A stretch of DNA of 64,000 nt from Caldilineaceae bacterium (GTDB lineage: Bacteria > Chloroflexota > Anaerolineae > Caldilineales > Caldilineaceae), in contig JALSIX010000077.1 of the NCBI GenBank assembly GCA_026989655.1, forward strand, positions 490-64,489, in the 5' to 3' direction. The translations under genes were made by a program, and so were the position numbers. Below are positions 38,657-48,490 of the stretch, piece after piece. How positions within the stretch are numbered: position 1 is the stretch's first letter; the number at the start of each line of letters is the position of its first letter. The notes beneath the pieces are model-generated. The model was not told the origin of the DNA and ran no database searches. It worked only from the letters and a program-made list of their open reading frames with translations.

Positions 38657-40051
38657 ATGGGGAAGTTTATAGCACGAAGCGCATCCGAGGTCAATCCGAT
38701 CCCCCCACCCACCGCCGCCCCGGTGGAGCTGCCTGCTCCCCCCTGGGCCCAGGTGGATCCCCTGCAACGGGTGCGGGCCTGGCTGTATCGTGGACTGGTC
38801 CTCCTGGCCGTGGCCCTCCTGGGGGGCCGGGCAGGGCCGGATGCCCGGGATCTCCAGCTCATGGCCATCCGGAGCCTGGTGACGGGCTGGGAGTTCAGCA
38901 TCCTGGCCTGGGAGATCCGGGCCCTGGGAGAGCACGGCCGCCGTCTGGTGGCCCCCCCTACCCCTCCCACGGAACCCCAGGCGGCCCGGGCCCTGGTGCG
39001 GGCCTACCTGGATCGGGCTCGACAGCTGGGCGAGGCCGAACACGCCCTGAACGTGTGGCTGAGCGAGCACCCCAACGACGTGGAGAGCCCAGAGGCCGTC
39101 CGGCTGCGGGCCCGCCTGGCCGCTCTCCGGGCGGAACAGGCCCGAGCCCGCCCCACCGTGGAGGTCATCCTGGCCGACCAGGTGGCTGCCGAGCTCCGGG
39201 CCGCGGGCTTTGGCGTGGGCGGCTGGGTGCTCCCCCCGGTCCTCTTCACCTTCGCGGAGCCTCCCCAGAAGCTCACCATCAGCCCCCGATCCCGGATCGA
39301 GGCCCTCCACAGCCAGCTCCTGGACCGCGAACTGGATCCCGCCCAGGCCACCGTGGTGGAACGGACCATCCTGGAGCGGACCGACCTCAGCGCGTACATC
39401 GCGGGCATCGGGGGGCTGGGCACCTGGCCCACCATGGTGATCGATCGGGCACCCCTGCCCTGGGTCCTGAGCACCGTGGCCCACGAGTGGGTCCACAACT
39501 ACCTCCTCCTCTTCCCCCTGGGCCTCCGGTACGGGCGCAGCCCCGAGCTGACCACCCTGAACGAGACCGTGGCCGAGATCGTGGGCGACGAGATCGGCCG
39601 CCGGGTCCTCCTGCGCCACTACCCCGAGCTCTATCCCGTGGAGCCTGCCCCCATCTCCGGGGAAGGGCAGGCCGCGGACAGGCCGTCCGATCCGCCGGCC
39701 TTCGACTTCACACAGGAGATGCGGGAGACCCGGCTCCAGGTCGATCGGCTCCTGGCTGCCGGCCTGGTGGAGACCGCAGAGGCCTACATGGAGGCCCGTC
39801 GCCGTCGCTTTGTGGCCCATGGCTATCCCTTGCGGGTGCTGAACCAGGCCTATTTCGCGTTCCACGGCAACTACGCCACCGGGCCGGCCAGCACCAGCCC
39901 CATCGGCCCCAAGCTCCAGGAGCTGCGGGAGCGGACCGGCGACCTGCGCACCTTCCTCCATACCGTCCGCTGGTTCACAGACCCCACGGATCTGGACCGG
40001 GCTCTCCAGCGCTACTCCCCGCCCCCGCCCACACCGCTGCCCACGCGATAG
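38657..40051 (+). CDS. Membrane-anchored hypothetical protein with an HExxH zinc-metalloprotease motif
   Basis: ORF 38657..40051. TM segment LYRGLVLLAVALLGG. Motif STVAHEWVHNY, followed by LNETVAEIVGDE. I do not recognise the family. Confidence 0.7.
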   Translation: MGKFIARSASEVNPIPPPTAAPVELPAPPWAQVDPLQRVRAWLYRGLVLLAVALLGGRAGPDARDLQLMAIRSLVTGWEFSILAWEIRALGEHGRRLVAPPTPPTEPQAARALVRAYLDRARQLGEAEHALNVWLSEHPNDVESPEAVRLRARLAALRAEQARARPTVEVILADQVAAELRAAGFGVGGWVLPPVLFTFAEPPQKLTISPRSRIEALHSQLLDRELDPAQATVVERTILERTDLSAYIAGIGGLGTWPTMVIDRAPLPWVLSTVAHEWVHNYLLLFPLGLRYGRSPELTTLNETVAEIVGDEIGRRVLLRHYPELYPVEPAPISGEGQAADRPSDPPAFDFTQEMRETRLQVDRLLAAGLVETAEAYMEARRRRFVAHGYPLRVLNQAYFAFHGNYATGPASTSPIGPKLQELRERTGDLRTFLHTVRWFTDPTDLDRALQRYSPPPPTPLPTR

Positions 40052-40056
40052 CCCCC

Positions 40057-40794
40057 ATGGACTTCGACTTCGACGTGGTGCCCGCGACCTTCGTGGAACG
40101 CCCCAACCGCTTCCTGGTCCGAGCCCAGCGCGTGGACACCGGCGAACGGGTGGAGGCCCATTGCCCCAACCCAGGTCGCATGCGGGAGCTCCTGGTGCCC
40201 GGCGCCACCCTCTACCTGAGCCTGGAGACGGGGCCGGGCCGCCGTACCCCCTACACCCTGCGTTTCGCGGTCCATCCGGAGAGCGGACAGCTGGTCAGCC
40301 TGACCACCCAACTGCCCAACGGCCTCTTCCGCGAGGCCCTGGAGATGGGCCTCCTGCCCCCCCTGTCCGGCTACACCGAGATCGCGGCAGAGGTGCCCCT
40401 GCCCCTCCAGAGCGGCACCGTCAGCTCCCGCATCGACTTCCGCCTCACCTCGGCCCAGGACCCCACCCGGCCGCCCTGCTGGGTGGAGACCAAGTCCGTC
40501 ACCCTGGTGGAGGAGGGCGTGGGCCTCTTCCCCGACGCGCCCACCGAACGGGGGCGTCGCCACGTGGAGGAGTTGGCCCAGGTGGTGGAGCGGGGCCACC
40601 GGGCCGCGGTGGTCTTCGTGGTCCAGCGCCCAGACGCCCACCGGGTCCGCCCCCACTGGGAGACGGACCCCCGTTTCGCCCAGACCCTGGTGGACGCGGT
40701 CCAGGCCGGGGTGGAGACCTACGCCTTCACCTGTCGGGTCACCCTGGGCTGGGTCCGCCCGGAACGGGCCATCCCCGTGGGCCTGACCCCCTGA
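40057..40794 (+). CDS. sfsA: Sugar fermentation stimulation protein SfsA (nuclease-fold DNA-binding protein)
   Basis: In-frame tail of ORF 38461..40794 from ATG 40057. Contains FVERPNRFLV, HCPNPGRM, SRIDF, WVETKSVTL, LFPDAPTERGRRHVEEL and AVVFVVQR. Confidence 0.9.
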   Translation: MDFDFDVVPATFVERPNRFLVRAQRVDTGERVEAHCPNPGRMRELLVPGATLYLSLETGPGRRTPYTLRFAVHPESGQLVSLTTQLPNGLFREALEMGLLPPLSGYTEIAAEVPLPLQSGTVSSRIDFRLTSAQDPTRPPCWVETKSVTLVEEGVGLFPDAPTERGRRHVEELAQVVERGHRAAVVFVVQRPDAHRVRPHWETDPRFAQTLVDAVQAGVETYAFTCRVTLGWVRPERAIPVGLTP

Positions 40795-40947
40795 GCGAAA
40801 ACCGTCCAGATGGCCAGGTGGAACTCTCCCCGGCTGTCGAGCGCGCTCCTGGAAAGCCCCCGCCTACAATAGAGGTGCTGTACCCTCGGACCCAGCACGG
40901 ATCCCGGGGCTGTGTCCCGTGCCTCGACCCCCGAAGGAGAGAGGGCC

Positions 40948-43900
40948 ATGCCACGTCCACAGGTCACCATCGACGGCAACGAGGCCGCCGCGTACGTCGC
41001 CTACAAGACCAACGAGGTCATCGCGATCTACCCCATCACCCCGGCCTCGCCCATGGGGGAGCTGGCCGATGCGTGGAGCGCCCAGGGCGTGCCGAACATC
41101 TGGGGCACCGTCCCTCGAGTGGTCGAGATGCAATCGGAGGGCGGCGCGGCCGGAGCGGTCCACGGCGCGCTGCAGACCGGCGCCCTGAGCACCACCTTCA
41201 CCGCCAGCCAGGGCCTGCTGCTCATGATCCCCAACATGTACAAGATCGCAGGGGAGCTGACCAGCACGGTCTTCCACATCGCGGCCCGCTCCGTGGCCAC
41301 CCATGCCCTGTCCATCTTCGGCGACCACAGCGACGTGATGGCGGCCCGGACCACCGGATGGGCCATGCTCTTCTCCAACTCGGTCCAGGAGGCCCAGGAC
41401 TTCGCGCTCATCGCCCAGGCCGCGACCCTGGAGAGCCGGGTGCCCTTCCTCCATGTCTTCGACGGTTTCCGCACCTCCCACGAGGTCAACAAGATCGAGC
41501 GGGTGACCGACGAGGACATCCGGGCCCTGATCGACGACGAGCTGGTCCGGGCCCACCGGGAACGGGCCCTCTCGCCGGACCGGCCCTTCATCCGGGGCAC
41601 GGCCCAGAACCCGGATGTCTTCTTCCAGTCCCGAGAGGCGGCCAACCCCTTCTACCTGGCCACCCCCCAGATCGTGCAGCGGGCCATGGACCGGTTCGGC
41701 GAGCTCACCGGCCGTCGCTACCGCCTCTTCGAGTACGTGGGCGCGCCGGACGCGGAGCGGGTCCTCGTCCTCATGGGCTCCGGCGCAGAGGCCGCGGAGG
41801 AGACGGTCCACTACCTCCTGGAGCGGGGCGAGAAGGTGGGCCTGCTGAAGGTCCGGCTCTTCCGTCCCTTCTCCGTCCAGGATTTCGTGGCGGCCCTGCC
41901 GGCCACGGTCCGGGTCCTCGGCGCGCTGGACCGGACCAAGGAGCCCGGGAGCGCGGGGGAGCCCCTCTACCTGGACACGGTGACGGCCATCGCGGAGGCC
42001 TGGGAGCGGAGCACCCCGGCCCCTCGGGTGGTGGGCGGCCGCTACGGCCTGGCCTCCAAGGAGTTCAACCCGGCCATGATCGTGGGGGTCTTCCAGGAGC
42101 TGGCCCGGGAACAGCCCCGCCAGCACTTCACCGTGGGCATCACCGACGACGTCACCCACAGCCACGTCGAGTACGATCCGGACCTGGACATCGAGCCCCC
42201 GGACGTGGTGCGGGCCGTCTTCTGGGGGCTGGGCTCCGACGGCACGGTGAGCGCGAACAAGAACTCCATCAAGATCATCGGGGAGGAGACGGACAACTAC
42301 GCCCAGGGCTACTTCGTCTACGACTCCAAGAAGGCCGGGGCCCGGACCATCTCCCACCTGCGCTTCGGTCCCCGGCCCATCCACAGCACCTACCTGATCC
42401 GCCGGGCCAACTTCGTGGCCTGCCACCAGTTCGGTTTCCTGAGCCGGGTGGACGTGCTGGAGATGGCCCAGGAAGGGGCCACCTTCCTGCTCAACGCGCC
42501 CTTCGGCCCAGAGGAGGTCTGGGATCAGCTTCCCCGGGAGGTCCAACAGCAGATCCTCGACAAAAAGCTCCAGTTCTACGTCATCGACGCCTATCGGCTG
42601 GCCAAGGAGCTGGGGCTGGGCGTGCGGATCAACACCATCATGCAGACCGCGTTCTTCGCCATCAGTGGGGTGCTGCCCACAGACGAGGCCATCGTCCGCA
42701 TCAAGGAGGCCATCCGCAAGAGCTACGGCAAGCGGGGCGAGATCGTGGTCCGGAAGAACTTCGCCGCGGTGGACGCCGCGCTGGAGCACCTCCACCGGGT
42801 GCCGGTGCCCGACCGGGTGACCGGCACCCGGGCTCGGGTGCCGGCGGTGCCGCCGGAGGCCCCGGAGTTCGTCCAGGAGGTCCTGGCGCCCATGATCGCG
42901 GGCCAGGGCGACGGGCTGCCGGTGAGCATGCTGCCGGTGGACGGCACCTACCCCAGCGGCACCACCAAGTGGGAGAAACGCAACATCGCCCTGGAGGTCC
43001 CGGTCTGGGATCCCCAGGTGTGCATCCAGTGCGGCAAGTGTGTGCTGGTCTGTCCCCACGCGGTCATCCGGGCCAAGGTGGTCCACGAGAGGGACCTGGC
43101 CGACGCGCCCGAGGGCTTCCTCTACACTGCCGCCCGCTGGAAGGGCATGGAGGGCTTCCAGTACACCCTCCAGGTGGCCGTGGAGGACTGCACCGGATGC
43201 TCCCTGTGCGTGGAGGTCTGCCCGGCCAAGAACAAGGAGCGGGCCGGCCGCAAGGCCATCAACATGGAGCCCCAGCTTCCCCTCCGGGAACAGGGCCGCA
43301 TCCACTGGGACTACTTCCTGGGGCTGCCGGAATACCCCCGGGACGGCCAGGGCCGGGTGGTCTACGCCACCGGCAACGGCCGGGTGACCGTGGAGTCGCC
43401 CCCGGTGGCCTATCCGAAGCTCCAGTTCACCCACGTCAAGGACATCCAGCTCCTGGAGCCCCTCTTCGAGTTCTCCGGGGCCTGTGCCGGCTGCGGAGAG
43501 ACCCCTTACCTGAAACTCCTCAGCCAGCTCTTCGGCGACCGAGCTCTCATCGCCAACGCCACCGGCTGCTCCAGCATCTACGGCGGCAACCTGCCCACCA
43601 CGCCCTGGACCCACAACCGGGAGGGTCGGGGGCCGGCCTGGAGCAACTCCCTCTTCGAGGACAACGCGGAGTTCGGCCTGGGCTTCCGGCTGACCCTGGA
43701 CAAGCAGATCGAGTACGCCCGGGAGCTGGTGGAGCGCCTCCGCCCCTACATCGGCCCGGAGCTGGCCGACGCCCTGCTCCACGCAGACCAATCCACGGAG
43801 GCCGGTGTCCACGCCCAGCGGGACCGGGTGGCCGAGCTCAAGTCCACCCTCCAGGGGCTGCTGGCCCTGGACCCGTCGCCCCACAGCCCCGAGGTGGAGG

Positions 43901-44622
43901 CCGCGGCCAAGGACCTACTGAGCCTGGCCGACGTGCTGGTGAGGCGGTCCGTCTGGATCGTGGGCGGCGACGGCTGGGCCTACGACATCGGCTACGGAGG
44001 CCTGGACCATGTGCTGGCCAGCGGGCGCAACGTGAACATCCTGGTGATGGACACCGAAGTCTACTCCAACACCGGCGGCCAGTCGTCCAAGGCCACGCCC
44101 TTGGGCGCGGTAGCCAAGTTCGCGGCCGGCGGCAAGGCCACTCCCAAGAAGGACCTGGGCATGATGGCCATGGCCTACGGCAACGTCTACGTGGCCCAGG
44201 TGGCCATGGGTGCCAACGACGCCCACACCGTCAAGGCCTTCCTGGAGGCAGAGAGCTACGACGGCCCCTCCATCATCATCGCCTACAGCCACTGCATCGC
44301 CCACGGCATCGACATGGCCAAGGGAATGGAGCAGCAGAAGCTGGCCACGGAGTCCGGATACTGGCCCCTCTACCGGTACGACCCCCGGCGCAAGGCCCAG
44401 GGCAAGAACCCCCTGCAGCTCGACTCCCGAGCGCCTCGGATCCCCTTGGAGACCTACGTCTACAACGAGAACCGCTACCGCATCCTGCGCATGGCCAACC
44501 CCGAGGAGGCGGAGCGGCTCCTGGCCGAGGCCCAACAGGCGGTGCTGGAGCGGTGGCAGCGGCTGCAGGAGCTGTCCCGGATGGAGGCCCAGCAGGCCGA
44601 ACGGGCCAAGGCCCTGGCGTGA
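40948..44622 (+). CDS. nifJ: Pyruvate:ferredoxin (flavodoxin) oxidoreductase, single-polypeptide type
   Basis: ORF 40912..44622 trimmed to ATG 40948 (GAAGGAGAGAGG upstream). Contains TIDGNEAAAYVAY, IYPITPASPM, VVEMQSEGGAAGAVHGALQTGAL and FDGFRTSHE. Two ferredoxin-type clusters: CIQCGKCVLVCPH and CTGCSLCVEVCP. TPP motif GGDGWAYDIG. Confidence 0.95.
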   Translation: MPRPQVTIDGNEAAAYVAYKTNEVIAIYPITPASPMGELADAWSAQGVPNIWGTVPRVVEMQSEGGAAGAVHGALQTGALSTTFTASQGLLLMIPNMYKIAGELTSTVFHIAARSVATHALSIFGDHSDVMAARTTGWAMLFSNSVQEAQDFALIAQAATLESRVPFLHVFDGFRTSHEVNKIERVTDEDIRALIDDELVRAHRERALSPDRPFIRGTAQNPDVFFQSREAANPFYLATPQIVQRAMDRFGELTGRRYRLFEYVGAPDAERVLVLMGSGAEAAEETVHYLLERGEKVGLLKVRLFRPFSVQDFVAALPATVRVLGALDRTKEPGSAGEPLYLDTVTAIAEAWERSTPAPRVVGGRYGLASKEFNPAMIVGVFQELAREQPRQHFTVGITDDVTHSHVEYDPDLDIEPPDVVRAVFWGLGSDGTVSANKNSIKIIGEETDNYAQGYFVYDSKKAGARTISHLRFGPRPIHSTYLIRRANFVACHQFGFLSRVDVLEMAQEGATFLLNAPFGPEEVWDQLPREVQQQILDKKLQFYVIDAYRLAKELGLGVRINTIMQTAFFAISGVLPTDEAIVRIKEAIRKSYGKRGEIVVRKNFAAVDAALEHLHRVPVPDRVTGTRARVPAVPPEAPEFVQEVLAPMIAGQGDGLPVSMLPVDGTYPSGTTKWEKRNIALEVPVWDPQVCIQCGKCVLVCPHAVIRAKVVHERDLADAPEGFLYTAARWKGMEGFQYTLQVAVEDCTGCSLCVEVCPAKNKERAGRKAINMEPQLPLREQGRIHWDYFLGLPEYPRDGQGRVVYATGNGRVTVESPPVAYPKLQFTHVKDIQLLEPLFEFSGACAGCGETPYLKLLSQLFGDRALIANATGCSSIYGGNLPTTPWTHNREGRGPAWSNSLFEDNAEFGLGFRLTLDKQIEYARELVERLRPYIGPELADALLHADQSTEAGVHAQRDRVAELKSTLQGLLALDPSPHSPEVEAAAKDLLSLADVLVRRSVWIVGGDGWAYDIGYGGLDHVLASGRNVNILVMDTEVYSNTGGQSSKATPLGAVAKFAAGGKATPKKDLGMMAMAYGNVYVAQVAMGANDAHTVKAFLEAESYDGPSIIIAYSHCIAHGIDMAKGMEQQKLATESGYWPLYRYDPRRKAQGKNPLQLDSRAPRIPLETYVYNENRYRILRMANPEEAERLLAEAQQAVLERWQRLQELSRMEAQQAERAKALA

Positions 44623-44624
44623 CC

Positions 44625-44662
44625 CCGGTTCGGGGCCGGGGGTGGGGCCCGGCCCCGAACGG
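44625..44662 (+). other. GC-rich stem-loop directly after the PFOR stop (no T-tract)
   Basis: GTTCGGGGCCGGG / CCCGGCCCCGAAC is a 13-bp perfect stem around GGTGGGG. It lies between nifJ and the DHOD-like gene. Confidence 0.5.
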
Positions 44663-44739
44663 CCGCCCACCTTCCCGCTGCCCGAGAACCCCGGCCGTCA
44701 TCCCGTCATCCCCGGCGCCCTCAGCGAAGGAGGCAGTCC

Positions 44740-45756
44740 ATGGACCTGTCCACCACCTACCTGGGACTGAAGCTGGCCCATCCCATCGTGCCCTCCGCGT
44801 CCCCCCTCTCCAGCACCCTGAGCGGGATCCGCCGGCTGGAGGACGCGGGCGCGGCCGCGGTGGTGATGTACAGCCTCTTCGAGGAACAGATCACCCAGGA
44901 GAGCCACTACCTGGACCACTACCTGACCTACGGCGCGGAGAGCTACGCGGAGGCCCTGAGCTACTTCCCCGACCTGGAACACTACAACGTGGGCCCCGAC
45001 GAGTACCTGGACCTGATCTGGCGGGCCAAACAGTCGGTGGACATCCCCATCATCGGCAGCCTGAACGGCGTCTCCACCGGCGGGTGGATCGAGTACGCCC
45101 GGAAGATCGAGGAGGCCGGCGCGGACGCCCTGGAGCTCAACATCTACTACATTCCCACGGACCCAGACCTCACCGGCGCGGAGGTGGAACAGATGGCCGT
45201 GGACGTGGTCCACGACGTGGCCCGGTCCCTCTCCATCCCCGTGGCGGTGAAGCTGAGCCCCTTCTACAGCTCCCTGCCCAACCTGGCCGCCCGGCTGGCC
45301 CACGCCGGCGCGCAGGCTCTGGTCCTCTTCAACCGCTTCTACCAGCCGGACTTCGACCTGGAGACCCTGGAGGTGGTGCCCCGGCTGGTGCTGAGCAACT
45401 CCCACGAACTCCGTCTCCCCCTGCGCTGGGTGGCCATCCTCTACGGCCAGGTGCCCGTGGACTTCGCCATCACCAGCGGCGTCCACACCCACGAGGATGT
45501 GCTCAAGGCCATCATGGCCGGCGCCCACGTGGCCATGATGGCCTCCGCGCTGTTGCACCACGGCGTGGAGCGGATCCAGGCCGTCCTCCAGGAGATGCGG
45601 CAGTGGATGGAGGAACGGGAGTACGAGTCGGTGGCCCAGATGCGGGGCAGCCTGAGCCAGCTCCACTGCTCCGAGCCGGCCGCGTTCGAGCGGGCCAACT
45701 ACATGAAGGTGCTCCAGAGCTGGCGGGTGGACCCCACAGGCGTGCTGTTGGGCTAG
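44740..45756 (+). CDS. Dihydroorotate dehydrogenase-like protein (PyrD-fold flavoprotein commonly found next to PFOR)
   Basis: ORF 44740..45756 (GAAGGAGG upstream). TIM-barrel DHOD-like blocks: [52 protein letters not shown]. Confidence 0.85.
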   Translation: MDLSTTYLGLKLAHPIVPSASPLSSTLSGIRRLEDAGAAAVVMYSLFEEQITQESHYLDHYLTYGAESYAEALSYFPDLEHYNVGPDEYLDLIWRAKQSVDIPIIGSLNGVSTGGWIEYARKIEEAGADALELNIYYIPTDPDLTGAEVEQMAVDVVHDVARSLSIPVAVKLSPFYSSLPNLAARLAHAGAQALVLFNRFYQPDFDLETLEVVPRLVLSNSHELRLPLRWVAILYGQVPVDFAITSGVHTHEDVLKAIMAGAHVAMMASALLHHGVERIQAVLQEMRQWMEEREYESVAQMRGSLSQLHCSEPAAFERANYMKVLQSWRVDPTGVLLG

Positions 45757-45787
45757 CCGCCAGGAGGACAGGCGGTGGGGCTGCCCC

Positions 45788-48376
45788 CTAGCCCACCGGA
45801 TACGCGGCCACGGCCGCGCTGCGGGTCCGGCCCCCATCCGAGTAGACCACCAACCAGGAGGGCACCCAGGCCAGCGCGGCCATCTCCACGTCCACGTCTG
45901 CCCGGCGGGGCTTGAGCTCCACCACGTCCAGCTCGTCCAGGGCCTCGGCCCACTTCCGGGTGATCTCCCGGGCCGCCTCCTCCAGCTCGGCCTCCAGGGC
46001 CGCGATCTCCTGGCGCAGGTCCTCGATCTCGGCCCGGGTCCGCTCGATCTCCATCCGGGCCCGGGTGGCCATCCGCCGCTTGCTGGCCGCGGTGGAGAGC
46101 GCCCGGGTGCTCCGTCGCCCCAGGAAGAAGCCCAACACCGACTCGCCGATGGAGATCCACTGCTGTTGCCGGCGGGCCTCGTACTCGGCCTCGTCCAGGG
46201 CCAGCTCGCGCTGGTAGCGTTCCAGCCGATCCCGGAGGCGCTCCAGCCGGCGCCGGTACTTCCGCCGCAGCCGCTCCACCTCCTGGTCCCGCCGCTCCCG
46301 GGCCGCCTCCTGCAGCCGGATCCGAAAGGCCCGATCGCTCTCCTCAGGCCGCTGGACCTGCTTCAGGGTCGGGTGGGCCTTCAGCGGCAGCCGCCGGTTG
46401 TAGTAGAGCCAGTCCGACAGATCCCGGGCCACCCGCCGGAGCTCCCGGACCGTGTTGACCGCCGAGGGCACGGGCGCGAAGAAGGGCCCTTGCTCCGGCG
46501 CCACCCGAGCCGGGCCGCGCTCCAGCTCCTCCACGGAGACGGCCAGGAACTCTGCCTCCTCCCAGTCGACGGCCACCACCCCCTCCTGGACCGGCGCCAG
46601 GAGCACCAGATCCTCCTGGGCATCGATCTTCCGGCGGCGATCCAGGAAGCGGACCGTGGCCACCCCCAGGACGGCCGGCTCGTAGATGAGCTGGATCCGG
46701 GCCGCTTCCACCTCCTGGCCCACCTGGTCGGCCACCCAGTCCACCGCCTCCTCCTCGTCCAGGGCCACCGGCAGGTAGACCACGGGCACCGAGGGGGCCA
46801 GGGCAGGCGGATCCGGGGAGAAACCCTCGGGAGGCGCGGGCATGGCGGGGCCTGCTGTCGGGTCCTGGGAAGGGGGCCGCCCTGCCGGGGCTTCGGTCTC
46901 CCGGACGGAAGGTCCGGGGGGCCTTGGCGCGGAGGCCGCCTGTTGCCGACGCCAGGCCTCCTTTCTCGGCCCCATGAGCTGGGCCACCTGGGGACGGGTC
47001 AAGGGGCCCCGAAGATAGCTCATGGCCCAGCGGGTGTGGAAGACCACCGGTCCTTCCTCGTGGACGTTGTGCATGAGGAAGACCCGGCTGCGCAGGCCCC
47101 CGATGATCGCGTCGTAGTCCAGGGCCTCCGGAAGTTGGCCGGCCTCGGCCAGCGCCCCTTTCAGCCCTTCCAGGACCCGATCCTTGTCCCGTTCCGCCTG
47201 GAGCTTGCCGATGAACCAGGTGCCCGCGTTGGTGAGCCCCTTGTAGTCGATGTCCACTGGGTTCTGGGTCACCAGGACGACCCCCAGGCCAAAGGCCCGG
47301 GCCTGCTTGAGCAGGGTCAGGAGCGGTCGCTTGGAGGGCGGTTCCTGGACCGGCGGGAAGAAGCCGAAGACCTCGTCGAAGTAGAGCAGGGCCCGGAGAC
47401 TGGTGGTGCCGGTCTGGGCCCGGACCCAGGTGACCAAGGCCTCCAGCAACAGGGTGACGAAGAACATCCGCTCCGCGTCGCTCAGGTGGGCGATGTAGAA
47501 GATGCTGTGGCGGGGCCGCCCCTCCGGGGTGAAGTAGAGCCGGTCGATGTCCAGGGGTTCGCCGGTGAGCCAGTTCTGGAAGCTGGGCGCGGCCACCAGG
47601 GCGTTGAAGCGCATGGCCAGGTCGAAGCGCTCCTTCTGGGGGTAGAAGGTGTCCACGTCGAAGACCCCCAGCCGCCGGACCGGGGGATCCTGGATGGCCA
47701 GGATGAGCTTGGCCAGGTCCACGTCCTCCCCCCGCCGCCAGAAGTGCTCGAAGAGGTTGGCCATCAGGACCGCTTCCCGGCTGCGGATGGGGTCCGCGTC
47801 GATGCCGGCCAGGCCCAGCAGAGCCAGGGTGGTGCCGGTGATCCGCTCCCGGAGGACCTCGGCATGGGCCTCAAAGTCCAGGGGCGGAGCGGCCAGGCTG
47901 CCCAGGATGTTGATGGGGATGCCTGCATCCGAGCCAGGGGTGTAGATGGTGTAGTCCACCGACTCCCGGACCAGGCGGATCCGGTCGGGGGCCTGGCCCC
48001 AGTCGGCCAGCCCCCGGCGCCAGGTCTGGGCGATCTGGGCCGCGTACTCCGCCACGGTCAGCCCCTTGCGCCGGGCATCGTCCACGTTCACCCAGGGGCG
48101 AAAGTCCTCCGGCCGCAGCTCGGGAAACTGGAGGAGCAGGTTGGTCATGTCCCCCTTGGGGTCCACGATCAGGGCCGGGACCTGGTCGATGGCGGCCTCC
48201 TCCAGCAGATCGATGCAGAGGCCTGTCTTCCCACTGCCGGTCATGCCCACACAGACCGCGTGGGTGGTCAGGTCCCGGGCATCGTACATCAGGGGGCGGG
48301 GCAGCCGCTCCCCGCGCGGGAGATCGTACTCCGCCCCCAGGTAGAAGGCTCCCAGACGTTCCGGTGGCGCTTGCAT
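45788..48376 (-). CDS. HerA/FtsK-superfamily P-loop ATPase (DUF87/DUF853-like) with a long C-terminal coiled-coil extension
   Basis: ORF 45788..48376 (GAGGAGG lies 9 nt upstream). Walker A VCVGMTGSGKTG. Walker B LRALLYFDEVFGFFP. Also VLVTQNPVDIDYKGLTNAGTWFIGKL. A Pro-rich linker is followed by Arg/Glu-rich heptad-like segments. Confidence 0.85.
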   Translation of the reverse strand: MQAPPERLGAFYLGAEYDLPRGERLPRPLMYDARDLTTHAVCVGMTGSGKTGLCIDLLEEAAIDQVPALIVDPKGDMTNLLLQFPELRPEDFRPWVNVDDARRKGLTVAEYAAQIAQTWRRGLADWGQAPDRIRLVRESVDYTIYTPGSDAGIPINILGSLAAPPLDFEAHAEVLRERITGTTLALLGLAGIDADPIRSREAVLMANLFEHFWRRGEDVDLAKLILAIQDPPVRRLGVFDVDTFYPQKERFDLAMRFNALVAAPSFQNWLTGEPLDIDRLYFTPEGRPRHSIFYIAHLSDAERMFFVTLLLEALVTWVRAQTGTTSLRALLYFDEVFGFFPPVQEPPSKRPLLTLLKQARAFGLGVVLVTQNPVDIDYKGLTNAGTWFIGKLQAERDKDRVLEGLKGALAEAGQLPEALDYDAIIGGLRSRVFLMHNVHEEGPVVFHTRWAMSYLRGPLTRPQVAQLMGPRKEAWRRQQAASAPRPPGPSVRETEAPAGRPPSQDPTAGPAMPAPPEGFSPDPPALAPSVPVVYLPVALDEEEAVDWVADQVGQEVEAARIQLIYEPAVLGVATVRFLDRRRKIDAQEDLVLLAPVQEGVVAVDWEEAEFLAVSVEELERGPARVAPEQGPFFAPVPSAVNTVRELRRVARDLSDWLYYNRRLPLKAHPTLKQVQRPEESDRAFRIRLQEAARERRDQEVERLRRKYRRRLERLRDRLERYQRELALDEAEYEARRQQQWISIGESVLGFFLGRRSTRALSTAASKRRMATRARMEIERTRAEIEDLRQEIAALEAELEEAAREITRKWAEALDELDVVELKPRRADVDVEMAALAWVPSWLVVYSDGGRTRSAAVAAYPVG

Positions 48377-48490
48377 GGCGATGGACCTCCTCGGGTGTGC
48401 AGGACGGGGATCGGCGACGGGCCGGTGGGCCAGGCCCTCCCCGTCCCCATGGGCCGCAGGAGACGGCCAGGGCCCCGGCCTGGCGGGCCC

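Noticed and set aside
40161-45791. 1876-aa plus-strand ORF spanning sfsA, nifJ and the DHOD-like gene
   Set aside because: It is an off-frame read-through with a Pro/Arg/Gly-dominated sequence. The alternative frames give textbook SfsA, PFOR and DHOD-like proteins.
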